Made by a program: the position numbers and the translations under genes. Shown piece by piece: positions 37,008 to 44,792 of a DNA stretch of 64,000 nt. A model generated the notes under the pieces. It made no database searches. It worked only from the letters and a program-made list of their open reading frames with translations, and had not been told where the DNA came from. Source of the stretch: Gemmatimonadota bacterium (GTDB lineage Bacteria; Gemmatimonadota; Gemmatimonadetes; Gemmatimonadales; GWC2-71-9). The DNA is taken from the NCBI GenBank assembly GCA_031375485.1, contig JANMHX010000328.1, positions 8 to 64,007 on the forward strand, read 5' to 3'. Position 1 is the stretch's first letter. Every line of letters starts with the position of its first letter.

Positions 37008-37775
37008 TCAGTCCGGGTCGCCGTTCCGATCCTCATCTTCGAAAGCGTGGAACGATCGCCGGATGTTCTGTTCAATCTGCGAGCGGACCTGTTGCGAGGG
37101 CGCCGTAGGGTTGAGGATCGCGCCGGCCGCCCCGGCGAACCACGTTCCGAGATCGATCTGCAGGGTCATGGCCGCGGGCTTGCCGGCCGTCACTTCGACC
37201 GGCGTGTCCAACTCGATCTCCACCTCGGCGGTGACGGCGGTGGTAAACGTGAACGGGGCGCCATTGAAGGTACCGGTCACCTTGATGCTGATGCCGGCGA
37301 ATTCGGGATGGGCCTCCAAAAACCCGCCTCCCTCAGTGCCCCCAACCGGGGTATGCACCTGCATCTTCAGTTCTTTGTAGATCCCCTCGGGGAGGTCCAC
37401 GGTGAACGCGGTTTGCGCGTTTGGGCCAACGGGGGGATTCAAGATCCTCGGCTCGAGCCATAGGTCCGCGCACTCCGAGTTGCCCCCGCCGCTCTTGCCG
37501 TTGCCGTCGCTCCCGCTTGGACCGGAGGCGGCGGGCGCGTCGGCTTGTTCCACCGGACAGGTCTTGTTGGCTCGTTCCAGGCGGATCTTCCGGGCCACGA
37601 CTTCGACACTGGAGAGGGTCAGGACGTCGGCGCCGGCGGCGAACGACGGGGCCGTGGCGGCGGACCCGCGCCCCGCCAGCTGGAAGGTCAGGCGACCGGT
37701 GCCGGCCGGTCCGCTGTTGCATCCCGCGAGGGACACCGTCAATAGGCCGAGTCCTAACAACGGGCTGATCCGCAT
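37008..37775 (-). CDS. Lipoprotein of unknown function (DUF4382-like)
   Basis: ATG 37775 has a GAGG SD. Lipobox LTVSLAGC. Beta-rich sequence with an acidic C-terminus. The upstream part of the track ORF is junk. Confidence 0.55.
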   Translation of the reverse strand: MRISPLLGLGLLTVSLAGCNSGPAGTGRLTFQLAGRGSAATAPSFAAGADVLTLSSVEVVARKIRLERANKTCPVEQADAPAASGPSGSDGNGKSGGGNSECADLWLEPRILNPPVGPNAQTAFTVDLPEGIYKELKMQVHTPVGGTEGGGFLEAHPEFAGISIKVTGTFNGAPFTFTTAVTAEVEIELDTPVEVTAGKPAAMTLQIDLGTWFAGAAGAILNPTAPSQQVRSQIEQNIRRSFHAFEDEDRNGDPD

Positions 37776-37888
37776 TTGGGCTACCTCATTCAATGTTCGC
37801 GACATTTCGGGAGTGTTCGGCTTGCCATTAACTGACGAGCCGCGCGGCCATGCTTGCACAGACCCGGTTGGTGGAGCGTCTTCGGTCC

Positions 37889-38458
37889 TCAAGGAACCTC
37901 GAACAGTAAGTCGACGTGGACCACGATGTCCTCGGACATCTTGAGAATGCCGAGCATCTTGGAGAGCCCGCCGATGGAGTAGTCCTTGAGATTGAGGGGT
38001 GTCGTTGCCCAGAGACGGTAGCGGCGCTCGCCAAGCACCAGCCGGGCCGGAATCGTCGCGGATCGGGTGACGCCGTGCAGCGTGAACGTCCCCTCCAATT
38101 GCACCACCGTGGTATCGGCAATCCGCTCGCCGACCGCCAGCCGAGCCAGGTCGAAACGGATCGTCGGGAACTCGCTCGCCGCCATCGATTTCCTGAGATC
38201 CCGGTCCCGCCGGTCGTTGCCGGTCACCAGGGTTCCGACCGGGGCCTCCACCCAACCATGGACCTGGCTCAGATCGGTCCCACCGGTGAGCCGCCCCGTT
38301 ACCGTCGTCGTCGTCCCGGTGAAATCACCCAGGGTGGCTCGTCCGTCGAACCAGAGCTTGCCCTCGAGCACCGTGGCGGTCATGACCGGCTGTTGAGCGT
38401 TGACCACCGCGGCCCAGAACATCAGGGCCAGGGTCGAAGGCAACCTCACGATCCCCAT
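37889..38458 (-). CDS. YceI family periplasmic (polyisoprenoid/quinone-binding type) protein
   Basis: Signal peptide, then YceI motifs (…WFDGRATLGDFTG…, TGNDRRDRDLR, FPTIRF, LTLHGVT). The start is ATG 38458, which overlaps the SOD stop by 13 nt, or ATG 38422. Confidence 0.75.
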   Translation of the reverse strand: MGIVRLPSTLALMFWAAVVNAQQPVMTATVLEGKLWFDGRATLGDFTGTTTTVTGRLTGGTDLSQVHGWVEAPVGTLVTGNDRRDRDLRKSMAASEFPTIRFDLARLAVGERIADTTVVQLEGTFTLHGVTRSATIPARLVLGERRYRLWATTPLNLKDYSIGGLSKMLGILKMSEDIVVHVDLLFEVP

Positions 38459-39120
38459 CGCCGCTCGGCCTCGGTCCAATCGACGAAACTCAGGAATTTC
38501 TCGACGTACTCGGCCTTCCGATTCTGGTAGTCGATGTAAAACGCATGCTCGTAGGTGTCGATGACCACGAGCGGGACGGCGAGCCAAAGCGCGCCTTGGG
38601 CGTGCTCGTCACTGACGACATTATAGAGCCGGCCGTTGACCGGGTGGCGAACCAGCATCGCCCAGCCGGCGGCGGCTTTGGCGCTGGCGACGAAATCGAC
38701 CGCCCAACGGTCGACCGACCCGAACCGTTTGGCAATGGCGTCGCGAAGCCCGGTGCCGGGGTTGGTCTCCTTGAGCCCCAGGCCGTCGAAATAGAGCTCG
38801 TGCAAGATTACGCTGTTGCCGCGGCTCGATTGCAGCGCCTTCATTCGTTCGAACGCCAATGGGTCCACGGCTGGTCCGCCCGCGAAGCTCCGCTCCAGCG
38901 TTTGCTCCACAGAGACGAAGGCCTTGAGCGCTCCGCCGTAGTGGGCCGTGTGGTGGGGGGCGATCTGGGCGGCGCTCAGGAACCCGGGCACCTCCCGGTG
39001 CCGGAGCGGCTTGGGCTGGCCGGTCGAAAGCCCGCTCTCGTCCGCTTCGGGGAGCCCTGGCACGATCAGCGAACCAACCGCCGCGCCGGACGAAGCGAAC
39101 ACGAACGTGCGACGGTCCAT
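38446..39120 (-). CDS. Tat-exported Fe/Mn superoxide dismutase family protein
   Basis: MDRRTFVFASSGAAVG Tat signal. SOD ligand regions are present: PHHTAHYGG (compare HHTKHH) and VIDTYEHAFYIDYQNRK (compare DVWEHAYY). Confidence 0.75.
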   Translation of the reverse strand: MDRRTFVFASSGAAVGSLIVPGLPEADESGLSTGQPKPLRHREVPGFLSAAQIAPHHTAHYGGALKAFVSVEQTLERSFAGGPAVDPLAFERMKALQSSRGNSVILHELYFDGLGLKETNPGTGLRDAIAKRFGSVDRWAVDFVASAKAAAGWAMLVRHPVNGRLYNVVSDEHAQGALWLAVPLVVIDTYEHAFYIDYQNRKAEYVEKFLSFVDWTEAERRWGS

Positions 39121-39137
39121 AGGTCCCCCGTGGGTTG

Positions 39138-41255
39138 TCAGCGCCGAAAGGTATACTGGAACTTGGTCAGGAAGCGGTTGGACTCGAACGACCACCGATC
39201 GAGCCGGTTTCGCAGGTTGTGGTTATGAATCACGAACAGTTCCGCCGTCGGTGCAATGGTCCACCGGAGGCGGCTGTTGGCGCCGATGGTTTCCGATTCG
39301 GTGTCGTACTGCACCAGGCTGTTGATGGAGACGTTGGGCGAGAGATTGTACCGGATCCGAGTGCCGAACACGGTCGTGTCGAAGTTGCCCTCGGGCAGGC
39401 GGCCCCGGTTGTGCTCCGCGTTCACCTCGAACGCAAACGTGGCCGATGGACGCCAGCTCGCTTCGACCTCGAACTGATCGAGGCGCCCGCCGTAAAAATC
39501 CCCGAACCACCACGTCAGTTGACCACCGACCCGGCGGCGGGCCGCGAACTCCGCCTCGACCCGGTACCTGGTGTACCGATAGGCGCCCGGCTGCACGACG
39601 ACGCCGTCTGCCACCTCGAACGGTTCGACCAATCGTTCGCCCTGCGGGACGACGTTCGCTTCGATCCGGTCGCCACTTTCGAACCGCCAGTTGATCGGCG
39701 CCAGGAATAGCCGGTAGGACTCCCACCGTCCGTCAAGGTCCAGAGCCATCGTGAGCCGGTTCTCAAAGAACATCTGTCGAATGCCGAAGCGCCCGGGGCG
39801 GGGCGAGACATCGGCGCCAAGGGTCAGCAGGTGAACCCCGCGCCGGGGCACGAAACCAAGGGGCGGGTCGAAGGCATCACCGATCCGCTTCCAGGTCAGC
39901 GCGGCGTCGATCAAGTCGTTCGGATAGTCGATCTTGAGGCCGGCGGCCGTGTGATCGCCGTCGGCCGCTCCGGGCCGGTCGGCGGTCAAATACCACGCTC
40001 CAATCAAGAGATTCTTGTTCGTCAAGAATCGTGAGGTTCGAAAGGTGGCGTCGGCGCCGGCGAGCCATCCGGTACCACCGTTCGGATCGCCGACCGTGGC
40101 GATGGCCCCGATCGAGGACTCCCGGAGGATGTTCTGCCGGGCTCGAAACACCGCCAACTCGGTGGCCTCGGTCACCGAATCGACCGTGCCGGTCCGCGCC
40201 GCGATCAAACCCAGCCGGGTTGATCCGAATTGGCCATTCAGCTTGCCGCCGGCCTGGATCGGGACTTCCCGGCCGTTGACCAAGCCGATTCGGCGGCTGA
40301 AGAACGGAAGGATCTCGCTCCCAAGCCCGAGCCCAAACTCGAAGACATCGCTGCCTTCGAGAAAGAACGTTCGTTTTTCTGGAAAAAAGAGCGGGAACCG
40401 GGTCAGATTGGATCGGCGGGTGTCGACCTCGGTCTCGGCAAAGTCGGTATTGAGGCTCAAGGTGCCGAGAAAATTGGCGCCGAGACGTTGCTCGATCTCC
40501 GCGCTCGCGCTGAGTTCGCCGTCGAACGGGGCGGTGGGGTTTGGCTTGCCGCCGCCGGCCACGATGGCCGGCCGGATGCTCTGGCCCCGGCCGAGGTCGA
40601 ACCGGGGTAGCCCGGTGAGCAGGCCGGCGTCGGTCGTCTGACCGAACTTCCGGTCCCGCCGGGCGGCGGCCCATCGGTCAGTGGCCTGCGCCGCCTGAAC
40701 CCGGCGTTGGACGTTGAACGCCCACTGATCGGCGCCGGCCGGGAACGACAGACTCTTGACCGGAATCCGGATCTCCACCGACCACCCTGAGTCGCTCTGC
40801 GTCGTCGCGGCTTCCCAGACCGCGTCCCAATTGCTGTTTTCACCCTCGCCTTGGTTGGTGATCAGCGCATCATATCGGGCGCCCGAAGGATTCACGGCGA
40901 AGAGATACCCCGAGCGGCCATCACCGAAGGGATCGAAGACTAGCCGGACATGGTCCTCTTCGCGGAGATTCGCGTCCCGGGTCTTGGAGAAACTCGTCAC
41001 CGGGGCCCCGCCGTCGTCGATGGTGATCCCGACGACCAGGTAGCGGGGGTGGGTGAGAACCCGGACCACCGTGGCACCCGCCGCCCGCCCGCCCTCCAAC
41101 GGTTCGATCTGGGTCAACCCGCCGATCGAGTCCGCCGTGCCCCAGACCTTCTCGGTAAGCCGGCCGTCGAGGGTGACTTCCTCGGCCCCGGGCTTCGTCT
41201 TGAGAGTCGGGACTTGGAGGGCGAGGGCCGCCAGGAGATTGAGGAGTGAAACCAC
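39138..41255 (-). CDS. CBM9-like + DUF5916 outer-membrane beta-barrel-type protein
   Basis: N-terminal …VTLDGRLTEKVWGTADSIGGLTQIEP… is typical of the CBM9-like/DUF5916 family. The long beta-rich C-terminus ends in an aromatic residue-rich strand (…LTKFQYTFRR). GTG start. Confidence 0.65.
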   Translation of the reverse strand: MVSLLNLLAALALQVPTLKTKPGAEEVTLDGRLTEKVWGTADSIGGLTQIEPLEGGRAAGATVVRVLTHPRYLVVGITIDDGGAPVTSFSKTRDANLREEDHVRLVFDPFGDGRSGYLFAVNPSGARYDALITNQGEGENSNWDAVWEAATTQSDSGWSVEIRIPVKSLSFPAGADQWAFNVQRRVQAAQATDRWAAARRDRKFGQTTDAGLLTGLPRFDLGRGQSIRPAIVAGGGKPNPTAPFDGELSASAEIEQRLGANFLGTLSLNTDFAETEVDTRRSNLTRFPLFFPEKRTFFLEGSDVFEFGLGLGSEILPFFSRRIGLVNGREVPIQAGGKLNGQFGSTRLGLIAARTGTVDSVTEATELAVFRARQNILRESSIGAIATVGDPNGGTGWLAGADATFRTSRFLTNKNLLIGAWYLTADRPGAADGDHTAAGLKIDYPNDLIDAALTWKRIGDAFDPPLGFVPRRGVHLLTLGADVSPRPGRFGIRQMFFENRLTMALDLDGRWESYRLFLAPINWRFESGDRIEANVVPQGERLVEPFEVADGVVVQPGAYRYTRYRVEAEFAARRRVGGQLTWWFGDFYGGRLDQFEVEASWRPSATFAFEVNAEHNRGRLPEGNFDTTVFGTRIRYNLSPNVSINSLVQYDTESETIGANSRLRWTIAPTAELFVIHNHNLRNRLDRWSFESNRFLTKFQYTFRR

Positions 41256-41263
41256 CGCCCGGC

Positions 41264-42559
41264 CTAGTGGTCGGTGCTCGGCCCGGCCGAGCGGCCGAGC
41301 CGGTGCAGGAAGATGGCGGCCCGTTTGATCAGGGCGGGGAATGCCGAGAGATCGGCGGTTTCATTTGGAGTGTGATCGTTGGCACCGGCGGCCCCGATGC
41401 CGTCGATCGCCGCGGAGATGATCCCCGACGTGAACGACACGTCCGCCGCGCCGGCCCGCATCGGATCGGTGCCCGTCACCGGCCCGAACCCGATGTCACG
41501 GCTGATCCGGTCGGTCAGCGCGAGGAGTCGCTCATTGCCTGGACTTGGTGGTAACGGCGGGTACCCGTCTTCGAACCGGATCGCGGCCCGGGTATTGGGG
41601 CGGGAGGCGGCGACGATGCTCTCCATGGTGCGCTTGGTCTCGGCCAGCTGGCGGGGCGAGAGGATCCGCAAATCGCCGGTGACGGTCATCCGCGCGGCCA
41701 CCACATTGCTCTTGCCGAACGCCGAGCCCCGCACCCCGGTCGAGTCGAGCGACACGTCAGTCCCACCTAACGCCACGCCGGGATTGAAGGTCAGAAACTC
41801 CTGGCCCGCCAGACGTTGGTGGAAGGTCTCGAGAATGCGGGCGGTTTCGAAGATCGCGCCCGAGCCGACCTCCGGCCGGAATACTTGCGACGAGTGGGCC
41901 GCTTTTCCGGTGACGTCCAAGGTCCACGACGTAAAGCCGCGGCGGGCCACGACGGCCTTGTGGGGATCGCCGGAGCCGTTCTCGAACCCGATGGCGATGT
42001 CGTGGCGCCGGGCCAAGGCGATCAACTCGGCCCGGGCCAGCGAGACTGGATCACCCGGATCCTCTTCATCGCCGGTCATGATTACGGTCACGGCCAGGTC
42101 CTTGAGCAGGCCGCCCGCCGCCAGGGCCTTCAACGCCTGGACGATGATGACGGTGCCACCCTTCATGTCGATGATCCCGGGGCCTCGCGCCGTCACCGAG
42201 TCGATCCACTCGAGTTTCTGAAACGGGCTGTCGGGTTCGAACACGGTATCGAGGTGGCCAATCAACAGCATCCGCGGCCCCCGGCCGGGATGCTCCGCCA
42301 CGAGATGGCCGGCCCGCTTGAAGGGGGCGCCGTCGATCCACTGAGTCGTGAATCCGAGCGCCTCGAACTCTGGGCGGAGCACGTCACCGACTTGGCGGAC
42401 GCCTCGGAGGTTCAACGTGCCGCTGTTGAGGTTCACGATTCGCTCGAGCAACGCGATCGCCTCCCGGCGGTGGGCATCGACGTGAGACACCACCGAACGT
42501 TCCGCCGCCGTGAGCGTGTCGGAGGCAGCCGTCAAAGCCAGCAGTAGCGGAGTCAGCAT
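41264..42559 (-). CDS. Secreted M20 family metallopeptidase (carboxypeptidase G2-like)
   Basis: ATG 42559 gives a signal peptide (MLTPLLLALTAAS). Motifs include HLDTVF, DMKGG, GDEE and the dimerisation domain. Confidence 0.8.
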   Translation of the reverse strand: MLTPLLLALTAASDTLTAAERSVVSHVDAHRREAIALLERIVNLNSGTLNLRGVRQVGDVLRPEFEALGFTTQWIDGAPFKRAGHLVAEHPGRGPRMLLIGHLDTVFEPDSPFQKLEWIDSVTARGPGIIDMKGGTVIIVQALKALAAGGLLKDLAVTVIMTGDEEDPGDPVSLARAELIALARRHDIAIGFENGSGDPHKAVVARRGFTSWTLDVTGKAAHSSQVFRPEVGSGAIFETARILETFHQRLAGQEFLTFNPGVALGGTDVSLDSTGVRGSAFGKSNVVAARMTVTGDLRILSPRQLAETKRTMESIVAASRPNTRAAIRFEDGYPPLPPSPGNERLLALTDRISRDIGFGPVTGTDPMRAGAADVSFTSGIISAAIDGIGAAGANDHTPNETADLSAFPALIKRAAIFLHRLGRSAGPSTDH

Positions 42560-42569
42560 GGCCGGTAGG

Positions 42570-44024
42570 CTACCGCCGGGCGGCGGCCGCGGCAATGCCT
42601 CGGAGCATCCCCCCGAAGATGACCAAGTGGAGCGGGTAGAGCGCGTACCAATAGAGCAGGCCCGCGAGTCCGCGCGGGTCGAAGATGGCGGTCTGCCGGA
42701 TTTCAGATGAGGGCCCCGTTCCCGTGACCTCGAATTGGAGCCAGGCTCGGCCCGGGAGCTTCATCTCCGCCGAGAGCCGGAGCAGGTGATTCGGCTCGAC
42801 CGACTCGACCCGCCAGCAATCGACCGTGTCACCCGCGGCCAAGGCGGTCGGATCGCGCCGGCCGCGGCGGAGTCCGGGCCCTCCCGCCGCGAGATCGATC
42901 AGACCGCGGAGCCACCACCACCCGTTGCCGTAGTACCAGCCGGTCCGGCCTCCAATTCGGGCAATTGGCCCGAACGCCTGGTCCGGTCCGGCCGCCACTC
43001 GGATGACCCGGGAGTCGACCAATCGGGTTCCGAACCGAGCCCCAGCCCACGATCCGCCGCTCGGCGTCATCGAGAGCGCGTCCGACCAGCGGGTTTGCGC
43101 GAACTCCCGGTCCTCATTGCTCAACGCCCGGGCCAAGGCGGCGCTCACCCCCATGGGTCTGATCGCGAACAGGGCGCCGGCGCTGTCGTCCCGGACCACC
43201 GTTTCATTGCGAAGACCGTCGATCAGCTTCCGTCCCACCCGGGCATACAGCGGCGTGACCAAGCGGAGCCACAGACTCGACAAATGCGGCGTGAGGATCG
43301 GGACCGGGATCATCAGGCGGCGAAGTCCCCGGAGGCGCGCGTACTCCTGCATCAAATCGCCGTACGACACCCGATCGGGACCGCCGATCTCCACGATCCG
43401 GCTTTGGTCGAGTGGCAGATCCAGGGCGGCCGTCAAGTACGCCAGCACGTCCTCGACCCCGATCGGTTGGGCCAAGGTGCGGACCCACCGAGGGGTGATC
43501 ATCACGGGGAGCCGTTCGACGAGGGCCCGGATCATTTCGAACGACAGGCTGCCCGACCCCAGGATGATCGAGGCCCGAAACTCGAGCGTGGGAATGTCCG
43601 ACCCGCTGAGGATCGCGCCGACCGCCTGCCGGCTTCGGAGGTGGGCCGATAAGTCGTTGCCGCCGCCCAACCCGCCCAAGTAGATGATTCGCCTGACTCC
43701 GGCCTCGCGTGCCGCGGCCACGAACGCCTCGGCACCCGCTCGCTCCTCGTCCTCGAAGGTGCCGGTGGTGCCCATGGCGTGGGCCAGGAAGTACACGGTG
43801 TCGACGCCGACCAGAGCAGCCTGAACGGTCGGCGGATCGGCAAGATCTCCGGGCACCACCTCGGTACCCGGGCGAACCTTGGCGGCGAGGAATTCGGGGC
43901 GCCGGGCCATGCAACGGAGCGGCGCCCCCCGCGCTTCAAGCAATGGGAGCAGACGGCCACCGATGTATCCGGTGGCGCCAATGATCAGTGTAAGTCTTTG
44001 CTTTGCTTGGCTTTGCTGCTCCAT
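42570..44024 (-). CDS. NAD(P)-binding SDR-like domain fused to a DUF2867 domain
   Basis: Rossmann motif LIIGATGYIGGRLL at the N-terminus. The C-terminal ~170 aa resembles DUF2867 (…FRVESVEPNHLLRLSAEMKLPGRAWLQFEV…). Confidence 0.7.
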   Translation of the reverse strand: MEQQSQAKQRLTLIIGATGYIGGRLLPLLEARGAPLRCMARRPEFLAAKVRPGTEVVPGDLADPPTVQAALVGVDTVYFLAHAMGTTGTFEDEERAGAEAFVAAAREAGVRRIIYLGGLGGGNDLSAHLRSRQAVGAILSGSDIPTLEFRASIILGSGSLSFEMIRALVERLPVMITPRWVRTLAQPIGVEDVLAYLTAALDLPLDQSRIVEIGGPDRVSYGDLMQEYARLRGLRRLMIPVPILTPHLSSLWLRLVTPLYARVGRKLIDGLRNETVVRDDSAGALFAIRPMGVSAALARALSNEDREFAQTRWSDALSMTPSGGSWAGARFGTRLVDSRVIRVAAGPDQAFGPIARIGGRTGWYYGNGWWWLRGLIDLAAGGPGLRRGRRDPTALAAGDTVDCWRVESVEPNHLLRLSAEMKLPGRAWLQFEVTGTGPSSEIRQTAIFDPRGLAGLLYWYALYPLHLVIFGGMLRGIAAAAARR

Positions 44025-44032
44025 TTAGGGAA

Positions 44033-44060
44033 GTTATACGGCCTGTACTTGTTTTGTCAA
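44033..44060 (-). promoter_or_regulatory. Near-consensus sigma70 promoter for the SDR/DUF2867-led operon (very short or no leader)
   Basis: On the minus strand: TTGACA-N16-TATAAC-N8-ATG(44024). Confidence 0.5.
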
Positions 44061-44123
44061 CGTTTTGTATGGCTCGATGAGCCCCCCCTTCCTTCCGCGC
44101 CCCGCTGGCCCTTCAATTCGAAC

Positions 44124-44792
44124 GTGGAGATTCCGATCGTCATCGAAACGCCGGCTCGACCGGTGTCAGCCCTTTTGCGTGAGGCCTCGGGCCCCGTGGC
44201 TGGCTATGTCCTGGCCCACGGAGCGGGGGCCGGCATGCGCCATCCGTTCATGGCGGACGTCGCGGCCGCGCTCGCCGCCGCCGGCGTCACCACGCTCCGG
44301 TATCAGTTTCCATTTATGGAAGCCGGAGGCCACCGTCCGGATTCCCCGGCGGTGGCCGTGGCGACGGTGCGGGCCGCAGTCGATCGGGCCCGACACCTCC
44401 TCCCTGGTCTGCCCCTCGTTGCCGGGGGCAAGTCCTTCGGGGGCCGGATGACCTCGACCGCGGCGGCCGAGTCGGCGCTCGAGGGGGTTCGCGGCCTGGT
44501 GTTCCTCGGCTTCCCGCTCCATCCGCCGAAGCGTCCCGCCACGACCCGGGGCGACCATCTCGATCGGGTTACGGTGCCGATGTTGTTCCTCCAGGGGACT
44601 CGGGATGATCTGGCCGAGGTCGGCTTGATCCGTTCGGTGGGCGCCCGGTTAGGCGGCCGGGCCACCCTCCACGAAATCGCCGAGGCTAATCACGCCTTCG
44701 CGGTGCCGAAACGCACCGGCCGGACCGCCGCCGACGTCATCGCCGAACTCGCGGCCACTACCGCCGAGTGGATCGGGACGCTCCCGCGGTGA
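44124..44792 (+). CDS. Alpha/beta hydrolase of the COG3571 / KANL3-TEX30-like family
   Basis: YVLAHGAGAGMRHPFM, nucleophile elbow GGKSFGGRM and LFLQGTRD. The start is uncertain: GTG 44124, or ATG 44077 if the C7 run at 44082-44088 is one base short. Confidence 0.7.
   Translation: MEIPIVIETPARPVSALLREASGPVAGYVLAHGAGAGMRHPFMADVAAALAAAGVTTLRYQFPFMEAGGHRPDSPAVAVATVRAAVDRARHLLPGLPLVAGGKSFGGRMTSTAAAESALEGVRGLVFLGFPLHPPKRPATTRGDHLDRVTVPMLFLQGTRDDLAEVGLIRSVGARLGGRATLHEIAEANHAFAVPKRTGRTAADVIAELAATTAEWIGTLPR

Noticed and set aside
43996-44018. ctttg/ctttgct direct repeats at the 5' end of the SDR/DUF2867 gene.
   Set aside because: They lie inside the coding sequence (MEQQSQAKQR on the minus strand) and are short and imperfect. 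They are most simply a codon-level coincidence.
44065-44451. 128-aa ORF (MYGSMSPPFLPRPAGPS…) as an independent small protein upstream of or overlapping the hydrolase.
   Set aside because: The translation is Arg/Pro/Ser-rich nonsense that overlaps the motif-bearing hydrolase frame. Only its ATG (44077) is of interest, through the C7-run frameshift hypothesis.
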